A stretch of DNA of 64,000 nucleotides, taken from assembly GCF_018977255.1 (NCBI RefSeq), contig NW_024704746.1, forward strand, positions 20,956,001 through 21,020,000. Direction: 5' to 3'. Numbering within the stretch: the first letter of the stretch is position 1; each line of letters begins with the position of its first letter. Under the pieces are notes generated by a model. The model had not been told where the DNA came from. It saw only the letters and a list, made by a program, of their open reading frames with translations, and did not search any database. Positions 1 to 12,452 of this stretch are shown piece by piece. Source of the stretch: Callorhinchus milii (Eukaryota). The translations under genes were made by a program, and so were the position numbers.

Positions 1-197
1 CCAAATCTTCTTGAAAAAGCAGCCTTATAACATAGCCTGATCACAGGAAGTGCTGCTCAGATTGAAGGTGGTGCATGTTCCAGAGCAGTTCGAACAACAT
101 TTAGTGGTAAAATCGCCATTCATAGCTTTAATTCTGGATCTTTCAATGGTTGAGGAAGAGCCATACAGACCAGCGAGTGTAAACTGGAGACATCCCT

Positions 198-263
198 GGA
201 GTCCCAGACCTGTTACTCCAATGTCTATCCCTTGAGACATTGGAGTAACAGGTCTGGGACTCC
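198..263. repeat. Perfect 29-bp inverted repeat with 8-nt loop
   Basis: GGAGTCCCAGACCTGTTACTCCAATGTCT (198-226), loop ATCCCTTG, exact reverse complement (235-263). Confidence 0.97.
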
Positions 264-544
264 TGAAGTGAAAGGTGCTATACAAGTGTAAATCGTTGTT
301 GTTGTCTTTAGTAGTATCTTGGAGCATGTTACATATTCGTGCATTATGCTTTTACGTAAACTAGTCACCCCTGTGGGATTAAAGTTCCCCTCTCTTCCAG
401 AAACTAGATACTGTATTTTCACTTCCATAGGTCACTGGAATGAGGTTGCAATTATCTTGCCAAATTATTTTTAGGTCCGAGTAAGTGCCACAGCAAAGCC
501 CACAATTGCACACTCATGAATTTATTAAACATGCTATTACAGTA

Positions 545-690
545 ATAACAATCCTTGCATTGATATAGCGCTTTTCACGTCTCCGGGACGTCTCGAAGCG
601 CTTCACAGAATAAACTGTAAAGTGAATTGACTGTGTTATTCTGTGGGCGAACCGCGTCAGCCAGACGATTGCGCACAGCAGTTTCCCCGC
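545..690 (-). mobile_element. SINE 3' fragment, representative of many (also about 6562-6700, 12730-12850, 19385-19480, 20020-20120, 24190-24295, 26620-26730, 37070-37220, 46515-46628, 48437-48550, 54127-54255, 63655-63797)
   Basis: Match to the SINE tail ...AAGCGCTATATCAAATGCAAGGATTATT in either orientation. Confidence 0.8.
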
Positions 691-796
691 AAAAGGTGGG
701 TGGATTGAGTGACCACATTATTATTGTTTTTTTTTCTGTGTGCGTTTTTTTGAACTACAATAGTAGTTTTTTTTAAAAAAAACAACACACACACAA

Positions 797-1130
797 AGTC
801 CTGTAGCTCAGTGGTCAGAGCACTCGCTTTGCAAGCGAGAGACCCGAGTTCAATTCCAGGCAGGTCAGGGCGAAACCTCGGGCAAGTTTCCTTACTCCAC
901 ACCCCGAATAATAATACCTCCAAAAACCCCAAAACAATAATAAATTGGTCATTTTCTGTCTACGACTGTTTGTGGGACGTCGCTGTGCGCAATTGGCTGC
1001 CGCGTTCGCCCACAAATATACAGTCAATTCACTTTGCAGTGTGTTCCGTGAAGCGCTTTGGGACGTCCTCCCGACGTGAAAAGCGCTATATCAAATGCGA
1101 GGAATATTATTATTATTATTATTATTATTA
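797..1130 (+). mobile_element. Full-length young tRNA-derived SINE (tRNA-Ala-like head, Deu-domain-like body, L2-type tail)
   Basis: A box TAGCTCAGTGG, anticodon arm CTCGC-TTTGCAA-GCGAG, B box GAGTTCAATTCC; body TTTGTGGGA...GCTGTGCGCAATTGGCTGCCGCGTT; (ATT)n tail. Near-identical copies occur elsewhere in the window. Confidence 0.92.
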
Positions 1131-1189
1131 AATAGTATAACTTGACTGAAGTCCTGACGAGTCTCTCAGTCTCTGGGCTGTGAAACGTC

Positions 1190-1760
1190 ACTGAGATCGC
1201 CCCGCCCACTGCTCCGCCGATACAACACACACTCGGCAACATTGTCGCGAACGCCCGGGCCCGCGGTCACGTCACAAAGGGGGCGCGCGACCTCTGAACC
1301 CGCCCCCCGATCAGCTGACGTCCAGCGATCGCATTGGCTGAGAGTTTAAAGCCCCCCCTCGTTTGATTGGTGGAATTTATTGCCGGCAAATTTGAAATCT
1401 CCGACCGCAGAGACCGTGCTCGGGATTTTGCTGAGAGAGGCACAAAATTGCCCTCCAGTGACGGCGCCCGCAATTATATCCCCTTTAGAGACGCACGGGC
1501 TCGCGGGGGGGAAAGAGCCACGAGCATTCCCGACAAACCAACGACCTTCAGCGAAAGAACGAGCAACTTCCCCCTCCCCCCACCCCCCCACCCCCGGTCA
1601 GCAGAGCCTTCGGGCCCAGAGGTAAACCCGGTGAGAGCGGTCCCTTCTCTTCTGTGAGATTGTTTTCTGAGACGCGGTGGTAGATTTACCGGGAGTCCCC
1701 CGCGCGGATCGAGGGGAGGGAGTGAGCCACAGCGAATCGTATCGGCAGCGAAACTCAAGC
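1190..1760 (+). promoter_or_regulatory. PIF1 CpG-island promoter and non-coding first exon
   Basis: CpG-dense; GC boxes; inverted CCAAT boxes at 1333 and 1366; GCCGG-N4-TTTGAA at 1382-1396; candidate donor AG|GTAAAC near 1621. Confidence 0.75.
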
Positions 1761-2258
1761 GATATTGATACCGACCAAGGAAGGCTGCAATGCAGACTTC
1801 GTGTTGCACTCTTGCAGATTTTTTTTTTAAAAAAAAAGCAAACAATTCTGGAAAGAAATGAGACTCGCAGCGCAAGGTCGACGCAGGTCTGATCCAGATT
1901 TCAAGAATTAACCAAAATATTTAGGTATATGTCATGGTATAGCGTTTTGGTGTGGTGCACGGATGCTAAGGTCATATATACCTATCAGGAAATAAGCCAA
2001 TTCAACGTGATGTAACGTAATGGGGAAAAAAAAACTAGGAACTGCAAGATAAAACACGCTCCTTTCAGACATTCACAGCAATTGAAAGCTATAGGTGTTG
2101 TGAAGTGACTGTGTATGCGTAGGCAGATAATGCTCAATCTCGCAATACAAGATGTAATTTAATATAAAATGTAATCTCTCTCTCTCACACACACATATAA
2201 AGAGATTATTGTCGTTCTTGGTTACAATCCTCTAAACCAGTTCCTTTCTCAATCTAGG

Positions 2259-5200
2259 ATGGAGTCTCCTGAGGTACAATGCACATGCAATGTTACTATT
2301 GAATATCTTAACCAGGCCGGTCAGGCCACCAAACGGAAAGTCATCCGCAATGCCACCCTCCTCCTCGGACGTAACGAATTGCGGGACATCCTTCTCCGAG
2401 TAGACGATGGGAAACTCTTTCAAAATTTTGTCCTCCGTGAAATCCAACTTTTCACGCGGTTTATTAGGGATGGGAAGAGTTGCATCAAAATTGTGCCTGA
2501 TAATGTTCAAATCCTGATTTCAAACTGTCCACCAGATAAACTGCAAGTGCTCGTTAAAACTCTTGCAATCAAATATGGTGCAGATAAGAAAAGCAGCAAG
2601 CAAGCCAGTGACCGAACACGGCTTCTCTCTGTGCTCCCGAAGACATTTGACAACATTAGTCCTGTGCAACTGCACGATGTGAAAAGAGCTAATGAGCTTC
2701 GGATGCTGCAAAATGTACACACGCCTGTCTCTACAAAAGCACCGAAGAATCGAATGGGTAATGCTTGTCCAGGCAGACAGGTTAAACGACCACGGACAAC
2801 TTCTTCAGAAAACTGTCCGGTACATAACCTGCCCCCACCACCCACCTCCATCCCCCAATCTTTTGGATCATGTTTTTACTGCTAAGTGGTATCCTGGAAT
2901 ACAATGGAAATAAAAGTATATTGTTGGGGAAGAGGGTGGCATGGAATCCCAGCTGTAAGCAGATGGGGGATCAACTGTGTTAACATAACTTAATAAATGT
3001 CAACTAACGTGGCTTTAGAAGGGGTAGATCTGGTCTGACTGACTTCGCATGCTTCACAAATTGCAGTAAGAATATATGCATATAACAAATGATACTCAAT
3101 GTTTGTTTCATTCGGATGCAGGTCACGGGATTGAAACCTGCCAAGAAGGCCATTTTGTCTATGCCAGTTCAAAGGAAGCTTTCAAAAGAACAGTCTCATG
3201 TCTTGCGCACTGTCCTTTGTGGCAAGAATGTCTTCTTCACTGGAAGTGCTGGTAACTTATGAGATGCTGTTGGTCTTAATAGAGCACTGTGGATATTTTT
3301 TCAATTAACAATTACAATCTTGCTGCCATGATGTGGTCCAAAGTGCTGTGCCACAAAATAGATGTAGATTTGTCTCTACTATGGTTGCATACGCAAAGCT
3401 CAGATCTATGTTGTTGTGATATGTAGGACGTGGGAGAATTTAGAACTGCTTCATGCCCACTTTACTGTGTACAGTATTTCCTTGCAGTCTGTTACAGATC
3501 AGTATTGCAAGAAAGAACCTGTAAGGGTCTCAAGCGGGTCACCTACCTGTCTCTTGAACCCTAAAATGATTTCAACAACAACAACTTGCATTTATAAAGC
3601 GTTCCCCCACACAGGGCAGGGTCCCAGAGTGCTTGGCAGTGGTGGAGCACAATTTCTATATGTAATTTCCCTTCATACGCATTCAGTTGACACAAATGTG
3701 TTTGTGAGATGGTCTATTCTTCCTATGACAAGGGACCAGTGGCAAACTTTTTAAGCATAATAACGCTAAAGGTAGATAAAGGTGTTTTAGTGAATGTTAA
3801 TGGGCTTTGTATTTTATATTCCAAGGAACTGGGAAATCTTTTTTGCTGAAAAGGATTGTGGGAGCATTGCCCCCAAAGAGCACTTATACCACAGCCAGTA
3901 CTGGAGTGGCTGCCTGTCACATTGGAGGGACAACACTCCACTCTTTCGCAGGTCAGTAGCAATGGTACTTCTGCTATAACAACCATCAACCCCCACAAAC
4001 TTATTTAATCTCCTAGGAGAGGTGAACTGCTGAATGCAAATTCTGAGAGAAAAAGAATGACGTTTCCAGATTAACTCCAAAGATCTGAAATTAAGAAGAA
4101 ACCACCTTCCTCATTCATTTGTTGATGTGCAAAAACACTGGTCCAAATTGGGGAGGGGGGAAGATTTTAAAGTCTCTGAAACATTAAATTTTTTTCTTCC
4201 TTTGTGTGTGTTATCAGTATAAGTTACATAAGCATTTCCAGTCTCGCTCTATACAAAAGATCCTCTTCTGTATGTGATTTTATTCTGTTTCTAGGGATTG
4301 GCTCTGGAAAGGCCCCCATGCAGCAGTGTGTTGAGTTAGCTCAGAGACCGGGGGTCTTGCAACATTGGCAAAATTGCAAACATCTTATTATAGATGAAAT
4401 TTCCATGGTCAATGGAGAATTCTTTGATAAACTTGAAGCTGTGGCCAGGTATGTAATGTGACCCTCCAATTAAAACTGAAGCACTGAATTGTAAGAAGAG
4501 TCAAAATTGATTTGCCATGCTATGTGACTAATGGGGTTTGAGCTCATTATTGCTTTGAGCTTTAAAGTAATGGAGGTCTCTGCCTTGAAAGGAACTTATT
4601 GGAGGATGCATCAGTCCTATTTGTGGAGCACCGCAATGAGAAAATTGCTTTCAATAGTGAGAAATAGTATTGAGCAATTGTCAACAATCTGTTGAGGCAA
4701 TTGCAGCATTACATGAATTATGGCTTTGAATTCCAAATGTGTAATACAATATAATTGTTGCATTGTAGCCTGCATTATAATTTTTTTTGTAAATGGCAGC
4801 AATTGTTTCTCCACATGATTTACCTTAATCCCCAGGGGTTACTGGAGTAATTGGTTTGAGGGGAATATTACAACAGTTTAACATGTTTTGGTATTTTCTT
4901 TCGTTGTATAGAATTGTTCGAAAGAGCATTGAGCCTTTTGGTGGAATCCAGCTGATAGTGTGTGGAGACTTCCTACAGCTTCCTCCTGTTATCCGAACCA
5001 ATGAAAAAAAAACATTTTGTTTTCAGGTAATGAATTAAATGGGAACTATGTAAAACAATGTCTTCCTCCCCATCCTCTTGCAGTGCTTCATACAGTGACA
5101 AATTTGTTTATGTGGCAGTAATCCCATTACATCTAGTATGCAAAGAAGATGAAAATGGACTAAATCGATCAGTATATTCTTCTACAAATGGCCATTAAAA

Positions 5201-8200
5201 AGATGCAAATTGCCAATATGGAGGCCAGGGCAATTTTCTGTATTCCTTTAAGAACAGAAGGCCTTTTCATTCTCTATTAAACTGAATGGTCTTTGTGTTA
5301 CTTTTCAGGCTAAGAGTTGGCGGAAATGTATTCACTTGAACATAGAATTAACCGAAGTGCGAAGACAAACTGATAAGGCTTTCATTGCAATTTTGCAAGC
5401 CATCCGGATAGGGAGGCAAGTATTAACCCTGTTTAACCAGAGTATAGTATATTCCTTCCAAGCCTCACTCGTTGTAATTTTTCTGTTTCTGTAAAATTGA
5501 ATATAACAGCAATAATATCTCATTGAAACTGATGGAATTTGATGAAATATTTGACTATTCAATGGTTGGTTTTTCGCTGTCTATAGGACCGAGATCTGAA
5601 AACTATGTCATAGGGAGCTTAGTTTGCAAGAATGTTACTTGAGGGCTGTGAAACAATATTTCCTATAATTAGATGTACAGAAGAGGTTGCAGCCCAACTG
5701 ATTAAAACAGCCAGCCACAAAATCGATCAAGATGGCATTCTAGCCACGAGACTCTGCACACACAAAGATGATGTGGAACTGACCAATGAGCGAAGGCTTC
5801 AGCATTTACCAGGTAATATATCAGAGAAACAACTGTACACACTCTCTGTCTGCCTCTGGTATAGCTCGAGATCTTAATCTGATTTTGTTGCAAACTCCAT
5901 ATTTGGACCATTTTGAATAGGGTTGTTGCACAACACATGTTTTTGCCTATTGAATGATCTTTTGTAATTCTGCACTGGTTTTATATTCTTTATTTGTCTC
6001 GTCGTTTATTTATCCAATAATGTGTATTCAGTCGGATGTTTTCCGGGAAACAGAATTAAATTAATTGCAAAAAAAATCCTTGTCTAACAGGACCACTGTC
6101 TTTTGGTGCCTTGTTGCTCTGCAATGCTATCAGACACCATTTGTCAAATGTTAGTAATTAACTAATAATTGCTTTTTAACATTTAAGGCAGCTGCTGTTT
6201 AACAACACCAGTGTTGTGACATTTAATGCCTGTCCATGCAATACTGGTTAGATGATAAGACTGTCTATTGTCTCTGAGAAGCACACTCTTTCTTGTTCCC
6301 TTTTTTTAACAGGCAAGGTGCACACATTCAATGCTTCTGATAGTGACCCCATGTTAGTACAAACACTAAATGCACAATGTCCTGCGGGTCAGACACTGGA
6401 GCTGAAGAAAGGGGCTCAGGTTAGTTTGCGATCGGGCTCCTACCATTTCTGCTCTAGAATCGATTGTCTCGGTGCGATTGGCAATGTGTTGCATGTTTAA
6501 GTCTTCATGTATTTGTGTTGTATCTCCATCCAGTGCTAGAGTATATCAACAATAACCAGTAAATAATAATAATAATACTTGCATTTGATATAGCACCTTA
6601 TCACGTCTTGGAAGACGTTTCAAAGCGCTTCACAGAATATACTGTAAGTGAAACGACTGTAAATTTTGTGGGTGAAACATGGCAGCCAATTGCGCACAGG
6701 GTTTCTGATATTGTGGCAGAGGGATATCCCATGCACTGAAGCAGTAAGTAAGGGATGTGTTGAGATGATTTATGCTGTTCTGTATGTTGAGATGGTTTTT
6801 TACATTTTGCAGGTGATGCTGACCAAAAACCTGGATGTGCAGCGAGGGATGGTAAATGGTGCTCGAGGAGTCGTTCTGGGCTTTGAATCTGAAAATAAAG
6901 GTGTGTGCTTGTACTTTCTTTACTTTGAAGATCTTTTACAGGGTGACCAAAAACTTGTGAAGATACCCTATTATGTAAAAAAAAAAATCATTTTCTGAAG
7001 ACTCATTAGACATTATAACAGGATCACGACTTTTTGATCACCCTGTAAAGACCTTGAAAGATTAGTGACACTTCTGCACAGGTTTCGCTTGCTGCAATGC
7101 CATCAAAAGCTTTACTCCTATTGTAAAGTTGTGGGTGGGGGGTGGAAATGAACAACATGGATGAATGCAGCAAGAGTTATTGTGTGATGCCAAGAACAGA
7201 AACCGTTTTGAAGAACAGTCAGGGAGAAAGAGTATTAGAAAGACTTAAAATGTAAATGTAATATTTGAAACCCCTTCCTCCCATACTCCATGCTGCGTTC
7301 ATTTTTTTTCATAAACTCTTCATGCTATATATGGTGAATTCTTTATCATTGATTTTTTTTAATCAATGAATTTCTACAAAAATAAAATGGAAAATGAGTT
7401 CCTGGACACTGCTTTCTTCCATACATACTGGTATACACATTGGCAATTAAGGAAGGGATTAATTAATTAATTAGGGATTCCTGGCAGGGTGAAACCTTGG
7501 GCAAGAATCCTTACTCTGCACGCCTGATAATAATCCCTCAAAAAAAAATTGGTCATTTTCAATCTACGACTGTTGTGGGACACTGCTGTGCGCAATTGGC
7601 TGCCGCATTTTGCCCGCAAACAGGCAGTCAATTCACTTTACAGTCTATTCTGCGAAGCGCTTTGAGACATTGAGAAGACTTCAAAAGCGCTATATCAAAT
7701 GCAAGGATTATTATTATTATTATCAACTGTCTGTCTGGGCTTTTGGGAAGAAAATAGTGCAAAGTCTAGGATGAAATTGAAGAGACGGGAACAGGAGCGA
7801 ATTTGTGAGAAAATAAATTTACTTCACTCATAAACCTTTCGATTTTGACTAAGCTGTGTCTGCTCTGAATGCCTCGGGCATTTGTGTGCTGTGTTGACCT
7901 GTCTTAAAAATAAGTAAGTACTATTGAGATTTTCTTTGTAGCATTGCCCCAGGTACGCTTCTTGTGTGGAGTAACCGAGACAATAAAGCCAGAACGCTGG
8001 ACAATTAAAGCTTCAAGTGGGATCTACCTGACCAGACAGCAGTTGCCCCTGAGGCTGGCCTGGGCCATCTCCATTCACAAGAGTCAGGTTTGAATGGTCA
8101 CTTTTAAAGGATTATATCAAAGGTGTCATAATTCTATAGTGTAAGGATTATACTGTAGTTGAGATTGATATTTGAGCTTTTTGAACTCCGAGACCCATTT

Positions 8201-10745
8201 GACCCATCTTGTCTGTGCCACTACCATTTTTTAAAAAAAAAAGTAGTGCAAGTGTAGCTTAATTAGCGTTTGACAATCGTAAAGAATTGGTATTTAATCA
8301 CTTTGCACGCTCAATAAAGATAGCGCACAATTATTGACAAGATTGCCAATATCTCGAAAAATAGCACAAACCTGTGTGTGAGATTTCCTTAACACTTTTC
8401 TTGTCACTGTGCATGTCTTTGAGGCTGCAAACAGGATCAGCGATATATTATTTTGTGTGCGTGGTGTTTCTAATTGCAGATTTTATGTTTATGAAGTGGC
8501 TGTTTTTCCCATGTCTGTCTAGAGGTTGATTTCCTGCCCAGCTCTGAGAGCAGCAGCCCAAACTCTGCCTCTCATGTCTCTGGTAGAGCCAGACAATATT
8601 CTTTCTGTGCCATAATATGCCGTACCATAAATCCGGCACTAATTTTGTGCTGAAACTCCCTTTGTTGCTCCCAAGGGTTAATATAACCTCGCGTTATACA
8701 ATGAACGAGACGTTTCAAAAACTGACTCTGGCTGAAAAACTTCATGCTGGTTCAAAGCCCTTCCACCCAGCCTGCTGGGCACGCTTGCAAGTACTCACAG
8801 GTGGGACTCTTCAGCGGTTCTGCTAAGGTTTATTAACCTTTATCCCGAGATCTGTGTTCAAAGATTAATTAATTAGTAGCCTTGGGCTGGCTCGGCAGGT
8901 TTTTGTTAAGGAGAGTTACTGGAAAAGATTATGTTTGTTTGATATCCCAGAGCATGCAGCTTCACGGCAGTGAAGCTGTTTTGTTACTTTGCACTATTAC
9001 CCAGAGGGAACAAGCTGTACCAGGAAACATCAACAGATGGGGGTGCAGAGAAAGTCGAATTGGATATGGCTTATTTTTTTCAGAGACGTTATGCAACTAC
9101 TGCCTTGTTGCCTTATCTGATGCTATTAAAATGGCCAATTTGATTTACATCAAGAAACTTGAGAACGCAGTCCATCCGGGCAATCGTGCCTCTTTAACGA
9201 TCTAATGGAAGTTGTACCATTTGCTATATCATTAATCACTTTCCCTCAGCATGAAGCACGATAATATTTTAAAAATTGTCTCGCTTTAAAATCAGTTAGT
9301 TAGTGTGCACCTTGGGCCAGGTTATGAGAGCACAATTTGCTGAACATTTTATGAGCTCGATTTATATACATCATTGATGGTTTATATTCAGAAATCCTAT
9401 TAGTGGGAATTATTATTGAGTGCTTATCAGGCAGAAGTACATATACTGGTTACTTTTAATTCTCTGTTTGCTCCCGCTCTCCCCCCACCACTCTCTTTCA
9501 GGGTATGTCTCTGGACTGTGTAGAGATCTCGCTGGCGCGTGTGTTTGAAAGTGGCCAGGCTTATGTCGCTCTGTCCCGTGCTCGAAGTCTGGAAGGTCTT
9601 CGTGTGATGGATTTTGACCCCAAAGTAGTACGAGCCAATCCCGATGTGCTACAGTTTTACAGCAGGATGAAGAGGGAGCGTCTCTTTATGCAGGTCTGTA
9701 GGTGTCTGGGGGCGAATCAGTTTTTACCAGCTGCATCACCGCAGAAATACAACTGCAATACTTAGTATCAAAAAGGAGGTCATGGTTCCAACATTTTGGG
9801 TATGAATTTGACTTCTTTTAGTTGAAACAGTGTCGTCCATTTTGATCACAGCCTGAACTCTTGAGGGACCACTAATAAGTTTGCATATTCCCAAGTAAAA
9901 TATTTATGATGGGCACATGGTAGCTCCATGCCATGTGATCTGGCACAATCTCAAAGAGATCAAGTCAGCAACAAGGACCTTGAAGCATAATCACAGGAAT
10001 CAGATTCTTACCATCACTGCAGTGTGTCGGTGCATCAACTGAAGCACTGATTATTCCATACAGCTTCTACAGCCGTTTCAAATGGGAAGGAACTGGACTA
10101 AGTGTCAGCCTGGCTCAGTTGGTAGCACTCTCACTTTGTGAGTCAAAAGATTATGTGTTCAACCCCACTTTGAGTTCAGTTTAGGCTGACACTCGAGTCC
10201 TAATCCAAGGATTGATGGGCACGTTCGCTCAGACTGTGTTTATGTGGGGTGTAGGAATGGAGATGCTGCACAAGTGTCAATTAATTTTAATACACAGCTA
10301 TCGACTATGTATGTTATTTCAGCTCCCACATATTGTTAGGTTCAAGTAATATTAGCAATTGTATAAACATTTATATTATACAAATAATGGCTTTGGACAA
10401 TATCTGGTTTGGTTGTGAAACCCCCCCCGTTTAATAGCTTGCTGACTTTTACTTTGCCTTACAAATATGGATGGGTTAATATTTTTATAAAGGGTTCCTG
10501 ATGGTGAGACTCTCTATCATCATTCACCACAGTGTTACTAATGAACCTTGAGTAATCAAGTTCTCCTTGGATTTTAAAAAATTGACTGTCACTCATTTTT
10601 TTCCACAATGTCTTATGAAATATCTGCTTGTTGTTAGCGATTCTTTACTGATTGCTTTTGAACTAATTTCCGATGTCCTTACAAGCTCTTCATTAATGTC
10701 TCTTCCCTTCCACAGTCTTCTCTGGATGATTATATTGAAATTTAA
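2259..10745 (+). CDS. PIF1: ATP-dependent 5'-3' DNA helicase PIF1 (12 coding exons, 631 aa)
   Basis: Exons 2259-2819, 3122-3251, 3826-3951, 4295-4448, 4912-5026, 5309-5415, 5673-5812, 6313-6419, 6813-6900, 7942-8087, 9502-9693, 10716-10745 join in frame (1896 nt). Motifs: Walker [69 protein letters not shown]. All introns are GT-AG except 5416-5672 (GC-AG). The last exon is less certain. Confidence 0.96.
6939..7045. mobile_element. 107-bp Tc1/mariner-type MITE
   Basis: Imperfect terminal inverted repeats CAGGGTGACCAAAAACTTGTGA / TCACGACTTTTTGATCACCCTG, flanked by TA on both sides (6937-6938, 7046-7047). Confidence 0.7.
7478..7722 (+). mobile_element. 5'-truncated SINE of the same family
   Basis: Starts just after the B box and runs to the (ATT)n tail. 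Confidence 0.85.
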
Positions 10746-12129
10746 AGATGAAGAGAACCAGATTTGTGCAAGACAGAAAACACAATGTACTTCAAAAAGC
10801 CTCTGGTTCCATTTTAATGTACAGTGTTGTACTGATTTTTAAATATATTTTTAAAATATTTTGTACTATTTTTGTTTTAAATACTGCATTGTAAATTCAA
10901 GCTGGCATTAGATTAGAACCCATTCTGTTCAACTTTTGAACCTGGGTTTTAATCCATCCCTGTAGGAGATAAGAGGACATGAGAAATCCATAAAATTGTA
11001 GTCTAGCAGTGGATTAGCATTGTAGCAGTTCTATACCTCAGTTTTAGTGCTTGTTATTATCTTAAGAACATAAATCTGACACTAGAATAACAATGGAGTA
11101 CATCAGAGAGGCCACAAGTGTTGTAGGAAATTAAATTAACCATACAATTTTTAACTAAGATGTCTGACTTTCTCCTTACCCACCCACCTACCCAGAACGA
11201 CTTAACTTGCTATCTACTCGTGTGATGAATCATACACCCAATCCATGTATCTGGTGTCGAAACTGAAGCATTTATCTGTTATTAAATACATTTAGGCTAT
11301 AAATTAAAAATGAACGAAATACACTTCATAAGGAGAACGATGCTAACTCCATCGTTTAGTTTTTATTTCAAGACAGTTGTGAGTGGAATATCGGGAGTGT
11401 TGCGGTTGCCCTTGGGAATCTGGATGGCTGGACTACACTGCAGTTTTTCCTCCCCTGCAGATACAATCATTATACTTTACAGTAAATCCTATGAGGTGTC
11501 CTCCTGACATGAAAGGTGCTATATCAAATGTAAGGATTGTTATTTTATTAGCCACTAATCCATAGACAGCACTGGTGCTCCATCTACTGGTGAGTAAGTT
11601 TTTATCTCGGACTACATTGCACTGTGTGACTTAACTTACGCACAACTTATTAAAAACAATGTTGCCGATAATAGCACCAGCGAGAGAGAAGGGATGTCAA
11701 TTCAACTGAGCGTATCGCGTAGTAGGATCAGTTCTATTAAGGCTGTGCCAAATGAAATAATACCTTTCTAGACGCCGTACATTCCTCATGAGGCAGATTG
11801 CGTTTCTATTTAAAGGGGGGGGGGGGGTTAACAACTTGATTGGTAACGTTGGAAACAAAAATCCTGTTCATTTCTTTTCAAAGTATGATGCATTTCACCA
11901 AATGACGACTCTTTCCAGGCATTCCCTCTCTTGCCCCTTCGCTCCGCCCCCGCCCCCGTCGAAGGAAAAAAAACCCACAAAGCTTGTAAAACATGAGTTA
12001 AATACAGTATTAAAATCACTGCAAAACCCAGGGAAATAAAAATAGGGTTGTAGCCCAAGTCAACCATATCACGCTACTATGCAATGCCTTCTGTGGTTAG
12101 CAGCGGAGGGGAAAAACACATTGTGCAGG

Positions 12130-12452
12130 ATAATAATAATAATAATCCTTGCATTTGATATAGCGCTTTTCACGTCGGGAGGACGTCCCAAAGTGCTTCA
12201 CAGAACACACTGTAAAGTAAATTGACTGTATATTTGTGGGCGAACGCGGCAGCCAATTGCGCACAGCAATGTCCCACAAACAGTCGTAGATTGAAAATGA
12301 ACAATTTATTATTGTTTTTGGTTTTGGAGGGATTATTATTAGGCTCTGTGTGGAGTAAGGAAACTTGCCCAAGGTTTCGCCCTCTGCCTGGAATTGAACT
12401 CCGGTCTCTCGCTTGCAAAGCGAGTGCTCTAACCACTGAGCCACAGGACTCC
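12130..12452 (-). mobile_element. Full-length young tRNA-derived SINE
   Basis: Reverse complement of the 797-1130 family. Confidence 0.92.

Noticed and set aside
1-430. Possible exon of a gene left of PIF1
   Set aside because: No frame with recognisable homology or consistent splice sites. The SPRPVTPMS seen on both strands comes from the hairpin.
797-870. tRNA-Ala(TGC) gene calls in SINE heads (also 12380, 14876, 47491, 54595, 62863)
   Set aside because: The acceptor stem is imperfect, there is no Pol III terminator after the cloverleaf, and each is fused to the same SINE body and tail.
811-1131. Repeated ORFs such as [11 protein letters not shown]...YYYY and their antisense frames
   Set aside because: They are translations of SINE copies, with frames that break between copies.
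8150-9360. Possible old DNA transposon in PIF1 intron 10
   Set aside because: No convincing terminal repeats, target duplication or transposase motif could be read.
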